Under the pieces are notes generated by a model. It worked only from the letters and a program-made list of their open reading frames with translations. It had not been told where the DNA came from and searched no databases. A DNA stretch of 60,998 nt, the filler included. It is 8 parts of 8 records of this genome, joined end to end, with 100 filler letters (N's around TTAATTAATTAA, not from the genome) between each part and the next. Parts side by side here need not be neighbours in the genome. Positions count along the whole stretch, not along the records: positions 12,046 to 17,862 come from SRR7504441_2787; positions 17,963 to 23,803 come from SRR7504441_2789; positions 23,904 to 28,788 come from SRR7504441_2794; 5 more parts are not named here. One strand, 5' to 3'. Of this stretch, positions 12,046 through 24,011 are shown in pieces. Every line of letters begins with the position of its first letter. Positions within the stretch are counted from its first letter, which is position 1. A program made the position numbers and the translations under genes.

Positions 12046-15000
12046 CTTACCAAGCACCGCGTGGCTGTTGGTGCCGGAGAACCCAAACGAGCTTACTCCA
12101 AGAATTTTGGCCTCGCACAATTCAAGTCCAGAACTCAGAAATATATTAAGTTCATCGAGGTCGAGGTTTCTATTGCTCTCCCGCAAGTGCAGATTGGGAG
12201 GAAAGCAGCGCAACTCCAAGACCTTCAACGCTTTAATTGAGCCGGCAGTTGCAGCTGCACCCTCTGGATGCGCAATCTGCGATTTGATTGCTCCCAGATA
12301 TAAAGCACCTGTTGACAGTAGCTTGCCACTCATCACCTGGTGTAGGGCACCTACTTCTATCGGATCACCGAGAGCAGTGCCGGTACCATGCGTCTCCACG
12401 CAATGTGCTGCAGTCAGATGTGCCTGACTTCTTGCGGCCGCAATGACCTCTTGTTGTGATGGACCATTGAGTGCCATGAAACTGGCACTACGGCCATCTT
12501 GATTAACAGCTGAAGAGAGCAAACTAATGTAAGTGTGCAAGTGTGAAGTTACAGTGCTACGGCCGTCTTGATGAACGGCCGTGGAGAGTACTTGCACTGT
12601 AGAATGGGCAGAGAGTGCCTCAAGAAACACGGCTCCAGATACCTCAGAGCGCCCATACCCAGTAGCCATGTTGTCAAATGTTTTGCAACGACCATGGACC
12701 GACAGTGCGTGCAGAGAGCACATTGCTGCAAAGGATCCTGGGTGGAGGTTGAGACAACATCCCCCCACAATGGCACTGTGAGAGCTCCGGTGGTGAAGAT
12801 TCTTATGCGCAATGTCGAGAGCCACGGCAGCCGAAGAGCACGCCGTATTCACACACAAACATGGACCCTTTAGGGCAAGCAGGTAAGACACGCGTCCTGA
12901 AGCTGAGCTCCCATCTGATCCATGAGCCGAATACGCGCTCAAGGGCTGACTGTGCTGGATAGCCGCCCAATCAAAGTTGCAGAGTCCAATGTACACGCCC
13001 ACGGACGTTCCGGTCAACCCTGCTTTTGAACAGCCACCTTGAACAGCAGAACTGAAGGCGACTTCTAGCAGCAAACGATGACTGGGATCAGTGTACTTTG
13101 TCTCAGTCACGCCCATCTCAAAGAATCGGTTGTCAAACAGTTCCGCCCCTGTAATGAAGTTACCATGGTGAGTGTAGATTGCCTGGACTAATTGTACATC
13201 AAATCTCAGTGCCGGGATGGTTACCGTATTGTCCACAGCATGGCACATTGACTGCCACCAGGACTCTGAATCTATGACGTCTCCAGGTGCACGGATGCTC
13301 TGACCTCTGACAGACACCAGTGTAGATGCTTCATCTTGTCCAAGTGAAATTGTTGTCTGTCTTGTAATCTGCTCTCTGTGACCCACTGTAGATCTACTAT
13401 GTAGTGCTTCCGTGGCAAACTCAGCAATGCTTCTGACCGTTGGGTAATCGAAAGCAAGCGTGCGAGGTAGCTTGAGACCAAGTTCGCGCTGAAGAGAGGC
13501 GTGGATTTTCATTGCAGCCTGTGACTTGACGCCAGCTGCCATCAATGGCACGTCCAGCTCCAACGCCTGCCCCATGACCTCCACGATTTGTCTAGAGATT
13601 GCCTGCTGAACAGCGACTAGCTGCGGCCCGTCAGCACTGCTGGCCACCGCCAGTATGCTGCCTTCTTCGTCAGAACTGAGTCCGCTCTCGCTGGTCTCGC
13701 TGGTTGAGATATCCTCTACATCATTAAAAACTGTGCGTGAAACCTGCTTCACTCTGAAGCGTACAGACTGGCTATCAGAACCCAAGAACACATGGCCGCT
13801 GCGTTCTACTTTCTTCTTAAATTTGCGCACGTACTTTTTGAGATCCGACGAAGCATCCTTGAACTGCTGTTCGAGCGTTGCAGTGATGATGCAAGAACTG
13901 TTCAGGGTTGGAAGCTGTTCAGGGTCGAGAGCTGCACCAGCACTTGTAATATGAATTAGACCTAAGTTGAGACCCCTTAGATCCACGGGCTTGTCCCATT
14001 CGATCGCGCCGTGGCCTGAACGCGTGACTTTGAATCCGGTCACGGCCTTCAACTGACTGCCCAGCATACAGTGCAATTCATCAATTGGGGGACAGACGCT
14101 GTACTCTCCACCTGAAAGCCTAGGTACTGATGTACTAGATACACTCATTTGACCATGATAGGCTTCCACCAAGGGCAATACCAACGGGCAGTCATCTGAA
14201 GCACGACGTATCACCAAGTGGACATTATCGCCACTTGCTGATGTCCCACTGACAGTTGCCATCCCCGATTCCTGCACATGAAGATTAGTTGCTGCTACAG
14301 GGACACAAAGAGTTGGTGCTCCGCGCAGCTTTTCCAGCAGTGACCGCAAGTTCAAATGGCCGGGAAGACGCTGGTTTGTCAGTGCAAGACATGACAACAG
14401 GAAACCAACAACACCAGCCGCGCTCACAGTATGACCTGACAACATCACACAAACTGAGCAGCCCGGCAGGGCTCAAGGCACCAAAGTTTGCTTTGTGATC
14501 AAAGATTAAAAGTGGTTGCACTGGCCGTCTGTTGGAGCCGATTCCATTGACCAGCGCAACCACCTCTGGAACGTCCGAGTTTGGATTACCCTGGGATCCA
14601 TCAACAGGGCACAGGGGCCAGGCCTTACCATAGCATGCAAATGAGTAAACAGCACGTCTTCGCTAGCGGCGCTAACTCTTGAGAGGCTTGAATGTGCGGC
14701 AGACTCCATCATCTGCGAATCAGCAAACCCAGGGGGCATAAGCGTGCTGGTCCGGGTTGTCGCCCTGCCCAAACAAAGTTTCAATCAGTCAACAGAAGGC
14801 ACAGGTCCTCACCAGCTTCGAAGAGAGCCGTGTGATCCTGAGTCCGAAGAAGAGTTGTTCAGAACCAATGCGCACGATCCTTCACCCCAGATCATCCCAT
14901 CTGACGTGGCTTCCAGTGGTCGCATTGTTCCAGATAAGGACTGAATACCAGTGAGCAGAATTGCGATACCCCATTCTGGCCGAAGCATCAGCGATACACC

Positions 15001-17862
15001 AGCTACAACAGCAGCCTCGCACAACTGCTCGGCGATAGAGTCTGCAGCCTGGGACACGGCAAGATACCCAGAGGAGCACACTGCCTCGGTATTGCTGTAC
15101 GGGCCTGCAATACCCAGGGCTCCAGCTACAATCCGAGCAACCAGATAGGTCGCAAGTGGGACAGCAAAGTCGCTGGTCTGGGCAGCTGTAAAGACACCAG
15201 CTGTGCGCATGTGATGACCAGCACTCTCTGCTGCTTCCTGTGCAATACTGCACAGGCAGTTCATGTGAGCATCCAGCTCTTCGCGAGCACTACCAATCAC
15301 AGACAAGTCATTCTCATCAAGAAAAGCGCCACCAGCCGCAAGGAGCTGGACTGGTGCCTGAGCACAAGCCTCCTTCCAGCGGGACGGGACGTCTTTCGTT
15401 AGATGGCATCTTTGTTGATGTAGCACAACCCAAAGGTCGGTTGGCTCCAAAGCGTGGCTCGATAGTTTGCATGCACAGCCGGTCAGGCAGAGACCATCCC
15501 AGTCTGGCCTGACAGTGGACAAATTGGCCTGATAGGGGCCCTCGCAGCTGGCTCCTCCTTGAACATCTCTGTATTCAGATTGCTTCTCCATTATGTGGTC
15601 TGCCATTTTTGTGACTGTTGGGTACTCAAACATCAGCGTGCTCTCCAATTGTATGTGAGATCCGACATCACGCTGCAAGGTATTGATTAACTCTGCTCCG
15701 GCCAGACTGTCTATCCCAGCATCCAGCAGAGAGTCCTCAGGGCCAATGTCCTCAGAGGTGCACTGGTTGACAGTACGGAGAACCAAGCGTTTGACTTCCT
15801 CGACGTCTCTAGATGGAACAACTGCGTTTCCATGTCCTAGCTGATTTTGCCTGCGAGGAGCAAACTCAGACAGATAGTCTGGAATGCTGCTGTAGAGAGT
15901 TATGAATTGGTCCCACATCATGTCAGCAAATCCAAGACATGAACGGCTTGACGTCATTGCTGCACACAATGCCCACGTCCCGATCGTGTTCGTGACCCCT
16001 CCTGCAACATAGCCAGCTTTCTGTTCAGACGCTAGGCGGGCCCAGTCCACTTCTGCAGCCATTCCGATCTCTGTCCATGCGCCCCATTGCATGCTAATAG
16101 CGGCAAGCCCGGCTACTCGGCGGTGCTGCACAAAGGAATCGAGACAGCTATTGGCAGCGCTGTAGACATGTTGATTGGCCACTCCAAAGACTGCTGAGGC
16201 GGACGAAAACACCACAAAGCTTTCAATACTTTGAGCTGTCATGGCACAGCTTAAATTTTGTGTTCCATCTAGCTTCGGGGAGAGAACCATGGCAGTCTCC
16301 TGTATCGAAAGCTCGGCCGTTGCCTTTTTCTGGTCTACACCAGCCGCATGGATCACACCCTGGACGTCAGAAAACACAGAGCGCTCGGTTGCACTTCTCA
16401 TTGATTGCACCACATCAATCTCACACGCCACCGCATTTGTCCTGCTTGTTTTGCTGCGTGTGAGCAGCAGGAATCGAGGTGCGCCATTCAGAGCCATCCA
16501 ATCCACAAAGAATGTCCCCAACGCCCCAGTCCCGCCAGTCACAGCAAAAGTCAAACATGGATCAAACCAAGGGGCTGGCAAGATCTCTAAAGCACCGCGT
16601 GGCAGTTTGTGTAACCGAGGAGCCTGATGGTGTCCATTCCAGATCACCAGCTCTTGTGACACACTGCCTAGCAACAGCTCATCAAATAGTGGTCCTGCGT
16701 AGATATCAATATCAATGATTCGACACTGGATGTGGGATAGACGATCTAGACACTGGGATCGAGCGACTCCACAAAGCCCACTGTACATCCAATGCCGACT
16801 AGCAAGCCCAAGGGCTGCATGGGTAACCAGCCACACGGTAGCATCAGATGGACAGCTTCTCAGTAAGTTGAAGATGTTGTCCATTGTAGCCACAACAGCC
16901 GATGGGGTGTGAGGCTGTCTCCTGACATCAACACAAACGTCCTGCTGCGTAGGCTCAAAGTCTTCTAGGTCTATCCCAGCATCCAAGATCAGTGGTGCTA
17001 GCACAGAGCCACTCGAAGCTATAGGTGCTGACTGCCATCTGGTCGCATAGGCACACCGTCGGAGTCGGTCCGCTTCAAGGATGCCAGGATTTAAGTACCC
17101 AGCTTCTCCGCCTGTCATGCAGCACAACGCTTGACCACATTGGTTGTATACTCCTGTCGAGCTAGACCAAAATACAGCGTTCTGCTCAAAGCCGCCCGAG
17201 CTGATGAGACACCGGTCCAAGCCATCAAAATAAAAAGGATGCCCCATACAACCTTCAGGGTCTGTTAACACGGCGGCATGCCCACTTGCATCCAAAACAG
17301 CTACCGCCCGAAGCTCAATAGCGGTCAAGTTGGTACTTTCTGTGGTAAAGTTGAGCTTTTCAACCATGTCATCTTTTCCAAACGCTGCAGTATGGACACA
17401 ACGAAATTCACCTCGATATTTGTTACCAATCATGTTGTACAACTCTGCGCCTTCCACAAGCAGCTCGGTGCATTGGGTTTGCAAGTGCTGAGCAACAAAC
17501 CGATCAGCAGCCAGGGCCACAGGAGACTCGGTGACTTGCATGCTAAAGTTTGCATTCCATTTGTCAAGTTTGAAGTCGTAGGACTCGAGAACAGCCCGTT
17601 GAGAGGAGCTGTCCACCAAAGTGCGCATCTGTCTTGGAGTGACACCTGAGTCCAGGAACATGAAGGCTCGGAAGTCAGCGTCTTTAAGCTCCGTAACGTC
17701 ATTGGAAGGGAATAAGTGGTTAGCCACACGGGCGGTTGTCTTGACGTAATACGTACCTGGGACAAGCGGGACCTCGCCAACCAGGTGGTCGCGAAGGAAC
17801 CCGACGAGGGTAGTGTCCCATTGATGCTGCCAAACGGGCGAACTTGGCTCCTGGCACATCAT
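12046..17862 (-). CDS. Modular type I polyketide synthase fragment, AT-less: DH-KR-ACP-KS-[Nup98 autoprotease-like domain]-ACP-KS; truncated at both ends
   Basis: DH HLVGEVPLVP; KR GGTGALG/HAAG/YSAAN; ACP GIDSL; KS1 EAVCSS, HAMGN, KANFGH; ACP GVKSQ; KS2 TACSS, HGTGT, KSQIAH, GFSGTNSH. The three minus-strand ORFs join through introns 14765-14812, 14591-14628 and 14436-14481. Confidence 0.93.
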
Positions 17863-17962
17863 NNNNNNNNNNNNNNNNNNNNNNNNNNNNNNNNNNNNNN
17901 NNNNNNTTAATTAATTAANNNNNNNNNNNNNNNNNNNNNNNNNNNNNNNNNNNNNNNNNNNN
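17863..17962. other. Artificial contig spacer
   Basis: N44-TTAATTAATTAA-N44. Confidence 0.99.
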
Positions 17963-18384
17963 TCTCATACTTGTACTGTACTTGAATGTACGTATGATGA
18001 CATTAAACAAACATGTTTGCTACACGTTGGCCGGTGTCAACTTGCGCAGAATTCTTATTTGAAAAACGGCGATTGTGTAGTACATGCACATAGGGACTGA
18101 GTCGGTGAGTTCAAATTCCTCTCATCAGGCGCTCCCGCCTCCCGAGGGCAGTTCTACAGCTTCTACTTGTGGCGACTGCGTATGAGTACGAGTATGGTAG
18201 ATCTGCTTGATCTACAAGCTTACGAGGCTTGTTCCATGTATCTCTCTCTCACAGAAAGTGGTGCCGGCTGATCAAGGCAGTCTCTGGACTCGTGATCAAT
18301 CGGACCTCAATTGCATGCATAATTATGCGCATGATTGAAAATCTTGAATACGGATGAAATATATATATCAAAGCATGAATACAA

Positions 18385-20251
18385 TCATTTACACACACGT
18401 TTGGAACGCTTGGGTTTGGTCCGACGTGCTCTCTTGGCAGGTCCGGCCTCCTGAAGCTTGTCGAACTCGCGGTCCTCGGCCGACCGGGCCGGCTCAGTTG
18501 GCTTGAAGCTCCGCTCAGGTTGCTTGGTGATGGGCTGCTCATCTTCCTCCTGGTCGGCCTCGCCGCTCACCTCGTCCTCGTCCGGCTCTTGCTGCTGCAT
18601 CCCGTCGAACACCTCGTCCCAGTCGAGATCTTGATCTTGCTCGGGCTCCTCAGGCTCGTGCACGGGCTCATCCTCCGCATCCTCCTGCTGCTCCTCGAGC
18701 TGCGTCCAGTCCTGCTCGCCCAGCTGCCAGCCGATCAGCCCGCCTAGCTAGAGCCGCACCTCTAGCTTGGCCGGCCGCTCCCCGTCCTGCTCGTCCTGCT
18801 CGTCCTGCTTGACTGGTTTGGTAGCAGACGGCTCCGGCGGGATGGTGTAGTATGGCAGCCTGCCGCCTGGCCCAGGTTTAGGCCGGGCCGGGGGGCGGGG
18901 CACCCTGCCAGTCGTGCAGCATCACCTTGGCGGTGGTCGGAAGGTCAGGCTCGCTCTTCTTGAGCAGCCGGCCGCTCTTCTGGGCCAGCTGGGTCAGAAA
19001 GTCCTCGGCATCCGACCACTGCTCTATCCCGTACGTCCTGACCAAGTGCTCGCGCTTGACCCGCTCGAGCACCCGCTCGATGTGGTGCTCCGGGTCCTTG
19101 AGGTTCTCTATCCGGACCACTCCCTTGAGAATGATATCAGTCTCATCGTCGCCCGACGGATACACCACGCCCGGACAGTCGATCAGAAACACCCGGCGCA
19201 TCAGGGTGATGTACTGCCATACCTTGGTCTCCCCCGGCACCGGCGCTGTCTTGCACACCCGTTTGCTCCGGATGGCGTTGATTACGGACGACTTGCCCAC
19301 GTTCGGGTAGCCTATGAATCCGATGGAGATGTTCTTCTTGTCGGCGTGCAGCTTGCTAAACTGGCGGAGCAGGTTGATCAGCTCGCCCTTCCCGAACGGG
19401 TTGGTCAGGCTGGCGTGGAAGGCCAGGGTCGGGTATTCTGTCGAGAGCACTTGGATCCAGCGCCGCGCCACCCAGGTCGGGACTAGGTCGACCTTGTTCA
19501 GCACAAACACAAGCTGCTTGTGCCGGGCCGTCTTCCGGATCTGGCGCTCCACGTGCGGGCAGCGTGTGCCCATAGGGTCCCGGGCGTCCAGCACCTGTAT
19601 CACCACGTCCGACGAGTCGATCACCTTGTACAGCTCGCCCCAAATCCTCCGACTCTGGCCCTTCTCAAACAAATCGTCCCGGCGCGCCCCGCGCTCGCCC
19701 TCGCCGTACTTGGCCTTGTCCTGGGACCAGACGTTGCTGTCCTTGGCCTCGTCGTATTCGTCCTGGTCGGCCTGCACGCTGGCCAGCATCGACTCCATGT
19801 CCGCGTGCTGCAGCTTGGGCCGCTTCTGCCGCCGCTTGGCGGAGAACGTCTCGTCGTAGCTCTCGACCTCGAGCAGCGACGAGCGCTTCTTCTTCTTGCT
19901 GTCGCTGAGCAGCCCGAGCGGCAGCGACTTGGTCTTGGTCACCACAGTGTACGTGTCGTCCAGCTTCTTGCCCAGCTCCTCCCTGAACGTGTCCAGCTCG
20001 CGCTGCCCGACCACCCGGGTGTTGCCAAACCAGCGGCGGTCCGGCGCGATCCGGTCCATCCCGGCCGGCTCCTTGTGCCGGTTCTTGCTCGGCTTGGAGG
20101 TGTACATTTTGAGCCGATTGACCGTGGCTTTGTCCCGGAGCGAGCTGCCCGCCTTGGAATGCTTGGAGCTGTGCCGGTTGTTGTCGTTCGAGTGCTTGGG
20201 CGCCTTGGACATGCTGATCCCGCGCTTCCCTGCATTCGCCCCCCCCGCCAT
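18385..20251 (-). CDS. NOG2: Nucleolar GTP-binding protein 2 (circularly permuted GTPase, 60S biogenesis)
   Basis: NGP1NT motifs [14 protein letters not shown] and [21 protein letters not shown]-motifs [17 protein letters not shown]. Introns 18867-18903 and 18724-18759 add an acidic C-terminal tail. Confidence 0.97.
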
Positions 20252-20392
20252 GCTCCCGACCGCGCGCGCTGCTGTGGAACTGGAGAGTGAGACGCCTGGG
20301 CGCGCGCTTTCAGTGCACTGCTGTCAGTGTGGCCGTTGAATGCCGTTGAGAATCGGTACGCGCCAGTTGCAGTGTGCGGCCGGACCAGCGAT

Positions 20393-22752
20393 ATGGCTGC
20401 CGACAAGATTCGGATCTCGATGGGGGGCAACGCGGAAGGCGGGGTGGACGCGCGGGTGGCTCAGCTGCAGAAGGAGTCGGCCTCCCGGCTAAAGCTGGCC
20501 GAATCGCTCCGCCAGGTGCCGGGCGGCGGCCGGGCGGGCCGAGGCGGGGCGCAGGACATGGCCGAGCTGCGGGACCAACACCGGCGGGAGATCGAACTGC
20601 TCCGGGGGCAGGGGGACGCCTCGGCCGACACGGCGGCACTCAACGAGGTCCGGCTGGAGCTGCTGCAGGAGCGGGCTGAGCGGGCCAAGGAGCAAGAACA
20701 GGCCCGGCAAGTGCTGAGCCAAGCCGAGGAGAAGCAGACCGGGCACCGGCGGCAGACGGCCGGGCTGAACGCCGAGATCGAGTCGCTCAAGCTGCAGCTG
20801 GAGACCGCGGGCGGGGCGTCGCAGAACAGCACCGAGATGATGAACAAGATGAAGATCAAGATGGAGGAGATGGAGCGGAGCATGAGGGAGACGGACGACC
20901 TGTCGCCCAAGCTGATGCAGACGATGAGCAAGCTGTCCGACGCCAACAAGCGGTGCGAGGCGCTCCAGGCCCAGTTGGACGAGCAGACGGCCGAGCACAA
21001 GGCTCAAGTGCAGGCTCTCCAGATGGACATGGACGGACTCGCAAAGCAGCAGGACGACGCCGGAGCCACCGCCTCCCGGCTCAAGCAGAACTTCGAGAGC
21101 AAGATCCAGGCCTCCGAGCACCGGGTCCAGGAGATGAAGCACGGGTTCGAGCTCAGGATTGGCACAGCCGAACGCAGGGCCGACGAGGCCAAGGCCAAGC
21201 TGGCAGAGGTTGAGGCGGAGCTGGCCAAGGCACAGAGCGAGGCTAAGTGGTGCGCGGGCGGGGCCGGGCCGGGCGAGCCTGGGGCAGGGTGCAGGACTCG
21301 AGCTCGTCTCGGATCAGCGCGATGCAGGACGAGAAGCTCAAGGCACTGGACGACCGCGAGGCGGCACTGAACGCAGGCGCTGATCACGAGAGGCAGATCG
21401 CCCAGATACAGCACAAGCTGGAGAGCGCCCAGGCCGAGAGCTCTGTGCTCAAGACCCAGCTGGAGGAGACGGCGCACTCGCTGCATCTCGAGAGGGAGAA
21501 CACGGCAAACCTGATGGGCGAGTACAACAACGCACAGGCGCAGCTCTCGCAGGTGGAGGCCCAGACCGACGACCTGCGGGCCGGCGAGGCGGCCGCCTCC
21601 AGGATCTACAACCAGGCGATCGAGACGATGAACGCCGAGCGCGAGAGCCACGCGATTGAAGTGCGAGAGCTGAAGCAACTGCTGAGCAACCAGCGGGCGC
21701 ATGAGGACGAGCAGTCGGCCCTGATGGCCCGGCAGAGCCGCGAGTTCGCGCAGGTGAAGGCCGGGCTGCAGCAGCAGCTGGCCGAGGCCAAGGTGGAGAT
21801 CGAGGGTATGGAGAGCGCCAAGCGGAGCATGGAGAGCAGCGTGCAGCAGCAGAGCCTCCAGAAGTCCGATGAGCTGAGCCAGATGACCGTCGAGCTGGAG
21901 GAGGCCAAGATGAGCCTCAAGGGCCTCGAGAAGCTGCTCTCCGAGGCTGGGAAGGAGCGGATGCTGATGGACGAGAAGATGGAGCAGCTTGAGTCTCTGT
22001 ACGATCAGGAGGCCTCGGCGGCTAAGTTCGCACAGAGGGAGCTGAGCTCGTGGCAAGACCGGTGCGAGTCGCTCCAGGAGATGTTCAACGACCTGCGGGT
22101 GGACCGGGACAGCCAGGCGTCGGTGGTGAGCGACCAGTTTGAGGAGCTCAGGATGAAGCAAGAGGAGGCCAATGCGGTCAAGGCCGAGCTGCAGCAGCTG
22201 AACGAGTCGTACCGGCTGATTAGCCAGTCGGAGGCCGAGCTGCGCGAGAAGCTGGCCACAGTCGAACGGGAGGGGCCGCGCGGGAAGCACCAACTAAAGC
22301 AGGCGGAGCACACGCTGGCTCTTATGAAGGACGAGTTGGAGCACACACGCAAGATGTCCAAGAAGGCGAGCGAGGAGCTCACTCTGGCCTCCAAGCGGCA
22401 CTCGGACGACATGGACATGGCCATGAGCGAGCTGGCCGCCGCCCGTTCGAAGCAGACCGAGATGGCCCACCAGCTGCGCGCGGCTGAGAACGAAATCATG
22501 CAGCTGCGCGAGCAGGTCCACCGAGCTGAGCTGAGTGCGCAGCGGGCGCAGCATGAGGCCGACATGACCGCCCGCCGGCCGCCATCCCGCCGGAGCTCAG
22601 TGGACAAAGGGCTCCCGCCGCCGACCAAGCCGGTCTCGGCAATACCGCGGGCAGCACCTGCTGCGGCCAAGCCCAAGAGCCACCTTGACTTGTCGGACCA
22701 CGATTCAGTGCTTAAGGAGGCGCTCTCTTTCCATACCGACATGGGCGCATGA
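20393..22752 (+). CDS. Long coiled-coil protein (about 770 aa)
   Basis: Two E/Q/K/A/L-rich heptad ORFs joined in frame by intron 21250-21287. Confidence 0.85.
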
Positions 22753-22948
22753 GCTCAGCCGGGCCCGAGCGCTCAGCCCTCGCCTGTAGTCCGAACCTCC
22801 AACGAATAAGTTTAAGTTTTAGACTCGGAATGCTCATCATTTCGGAGGATGAACGCTCACAAAAGTAGATACTTAAGTAACCTTGTTGAAATCTCAATTA
22901 TAATAAATCGCTCGAGGGAATCACTTGCCCCACCCCTATCATTCAAAT

Positions 22949-23803
22949 CTAGGACACGATGCATTGCTCGCCGCACCTCTTGGCCGGCTCTGGCGGCCCA
23001 TCTTGAATCGCCTGCTCAGTGCTTGACGTGTCTGCAGGCTGCTCGAGACGGCACACAAGTTGATGCTGGTACACTTCAGTCCACAAGCTCGTCAAATACT
23101 GGACCGGCAAGTCAGTTGCGCCGTTGATCCCTCTATTCGCTTTGCAGAACTGGTCGGCAGTCATTTTGGTCGAGATATTCGGACTGTGCGCGTCGGTATT
23201 CAGCATGATCAAGCTATAGCTCATGATGTACGCAGCCTCCAACGTCGCGAACGGACACAGCACAGGGTCATGCCGGTTCAGGTGCCACCATCGGTCGGCA
23301 AAGCACTCCATCAGGCGATCGATCGCGCTGGCTTCCCTCGGCAGGCTGAAATAGGCAAGAAACCGGCGCATCACAGTATACAACGGCCCAACGAGGTCAG
23401 CAGCGCCGACCAAGCCACGCAATACCGGCGCCCACCGCTGGGTGCAGATCTGGTAGAGCGCATTCCGCAGACCGTCGATGTCGCTCACGATTCGCAGCCT
23501 TGTGCAGAGGTATAGCTGCGCGCCAACAGAACTCGAATCGCCACTGTCACTCCACGCTTCCGCCGCAGCCTCGACCGCATGGGAGAAGTCCCTAGACCCG
23601 GTGGCGCCGCATATTCGGCTGCAGAGCTCGCGGATCTGCCGGAGCCGCTGCAGCTCGAATTCGGCCGCCGCCTCGAATCGGGCGCAGGTAAGCCGGAAGC
23701 GGCACAGCACTTTGAGCCCGTCCCAAGATCTGACCAGCCTCTCGCCGAGCGAGCAGACCAGCAGGCAGGTCAGCAGGTGCGGCTCCCTCAGGACGTCCTC
23801 CAT
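22949..23803 (-). CDS. Sec7-domain ArfGEF with possible F-box-like N-terminus and C-terminal CaaX; the ATG sits at the contig edge, so may be partial
   Basis: Sec7 motifs FSLPREASAIDRLMECFA (Glu finger) and YSLIMLNTDAHSPN...NRGIN...DLP. Ends CGEQCIVS. Confidence 0.88.
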   Translation of the reverse strand: MEDVLREPHLLTCLLVCSLGERLVRSWDGLKVLCRFRLTCARFEAAAEFELQRLRQIRELCSRICGATGSRDFSHAVEAAAEAWSDSGDSSSVGAQLYLCTRLRIVSDIDGLRNALYQICTQRWAPVLRGLVGAADLVGPLYTVMRRFLAYFSLPREASAIDRLMECFADRWWHLNRHDPVLCPFATLEAAYIMSYSLIMLNTDAHSPNISTKMTADQFCKANRGINGATDLPVQYLTSLWTEVYQHQLVCRLEQPADTSSTEQAIQDGPPEPAKRCGEQCIVS

Positions 23804-23903
23804 NNNNNNNNNNNNNNNNNNNNNNNNNNNNNNNNNNNNNNNNNNNNTTAATTAATTAANNNNNNNNNNNNNNNNNNNNNNNNNNNNNNNNNNNNNNNNN
23901 NNN
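23804..23903. other. Artificial contig spacer
   Basis: N44-TTAATTAATTAA-N44. Confidence 0.99.
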
Positions 23904-24011
23904 GGAGCAGGTCCCGGAGCCGCATTGGCGCGCTCGCCGTTATGCACCGCACGAGGTCCCAACGGATGGCTCCAGGCAAAGTCGCTGGCGCGCAGCGCGC
24001 ATGGGAGAAGA

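Noticed and set aside
12046-17862. PKS contig as bacterial contamination
   Set aside because: Contains three GT-AG micro-introns of the same style as the host genes.
18068-18131. tRNA-like or SINE-like sequence containing GTTCAAAT
   Set aside because: Only a B-box-like word; acceptor, D and anticodon stems do not form.
21004-22742. Long antisense ORFs (429 aa, 245 aa) opposite the coiled-coil gene, and similar shadow ORFs throughout
   Set aside because: Expected from high GC and codon bias; Leu/Ser-rich mirror composition with no motifs.
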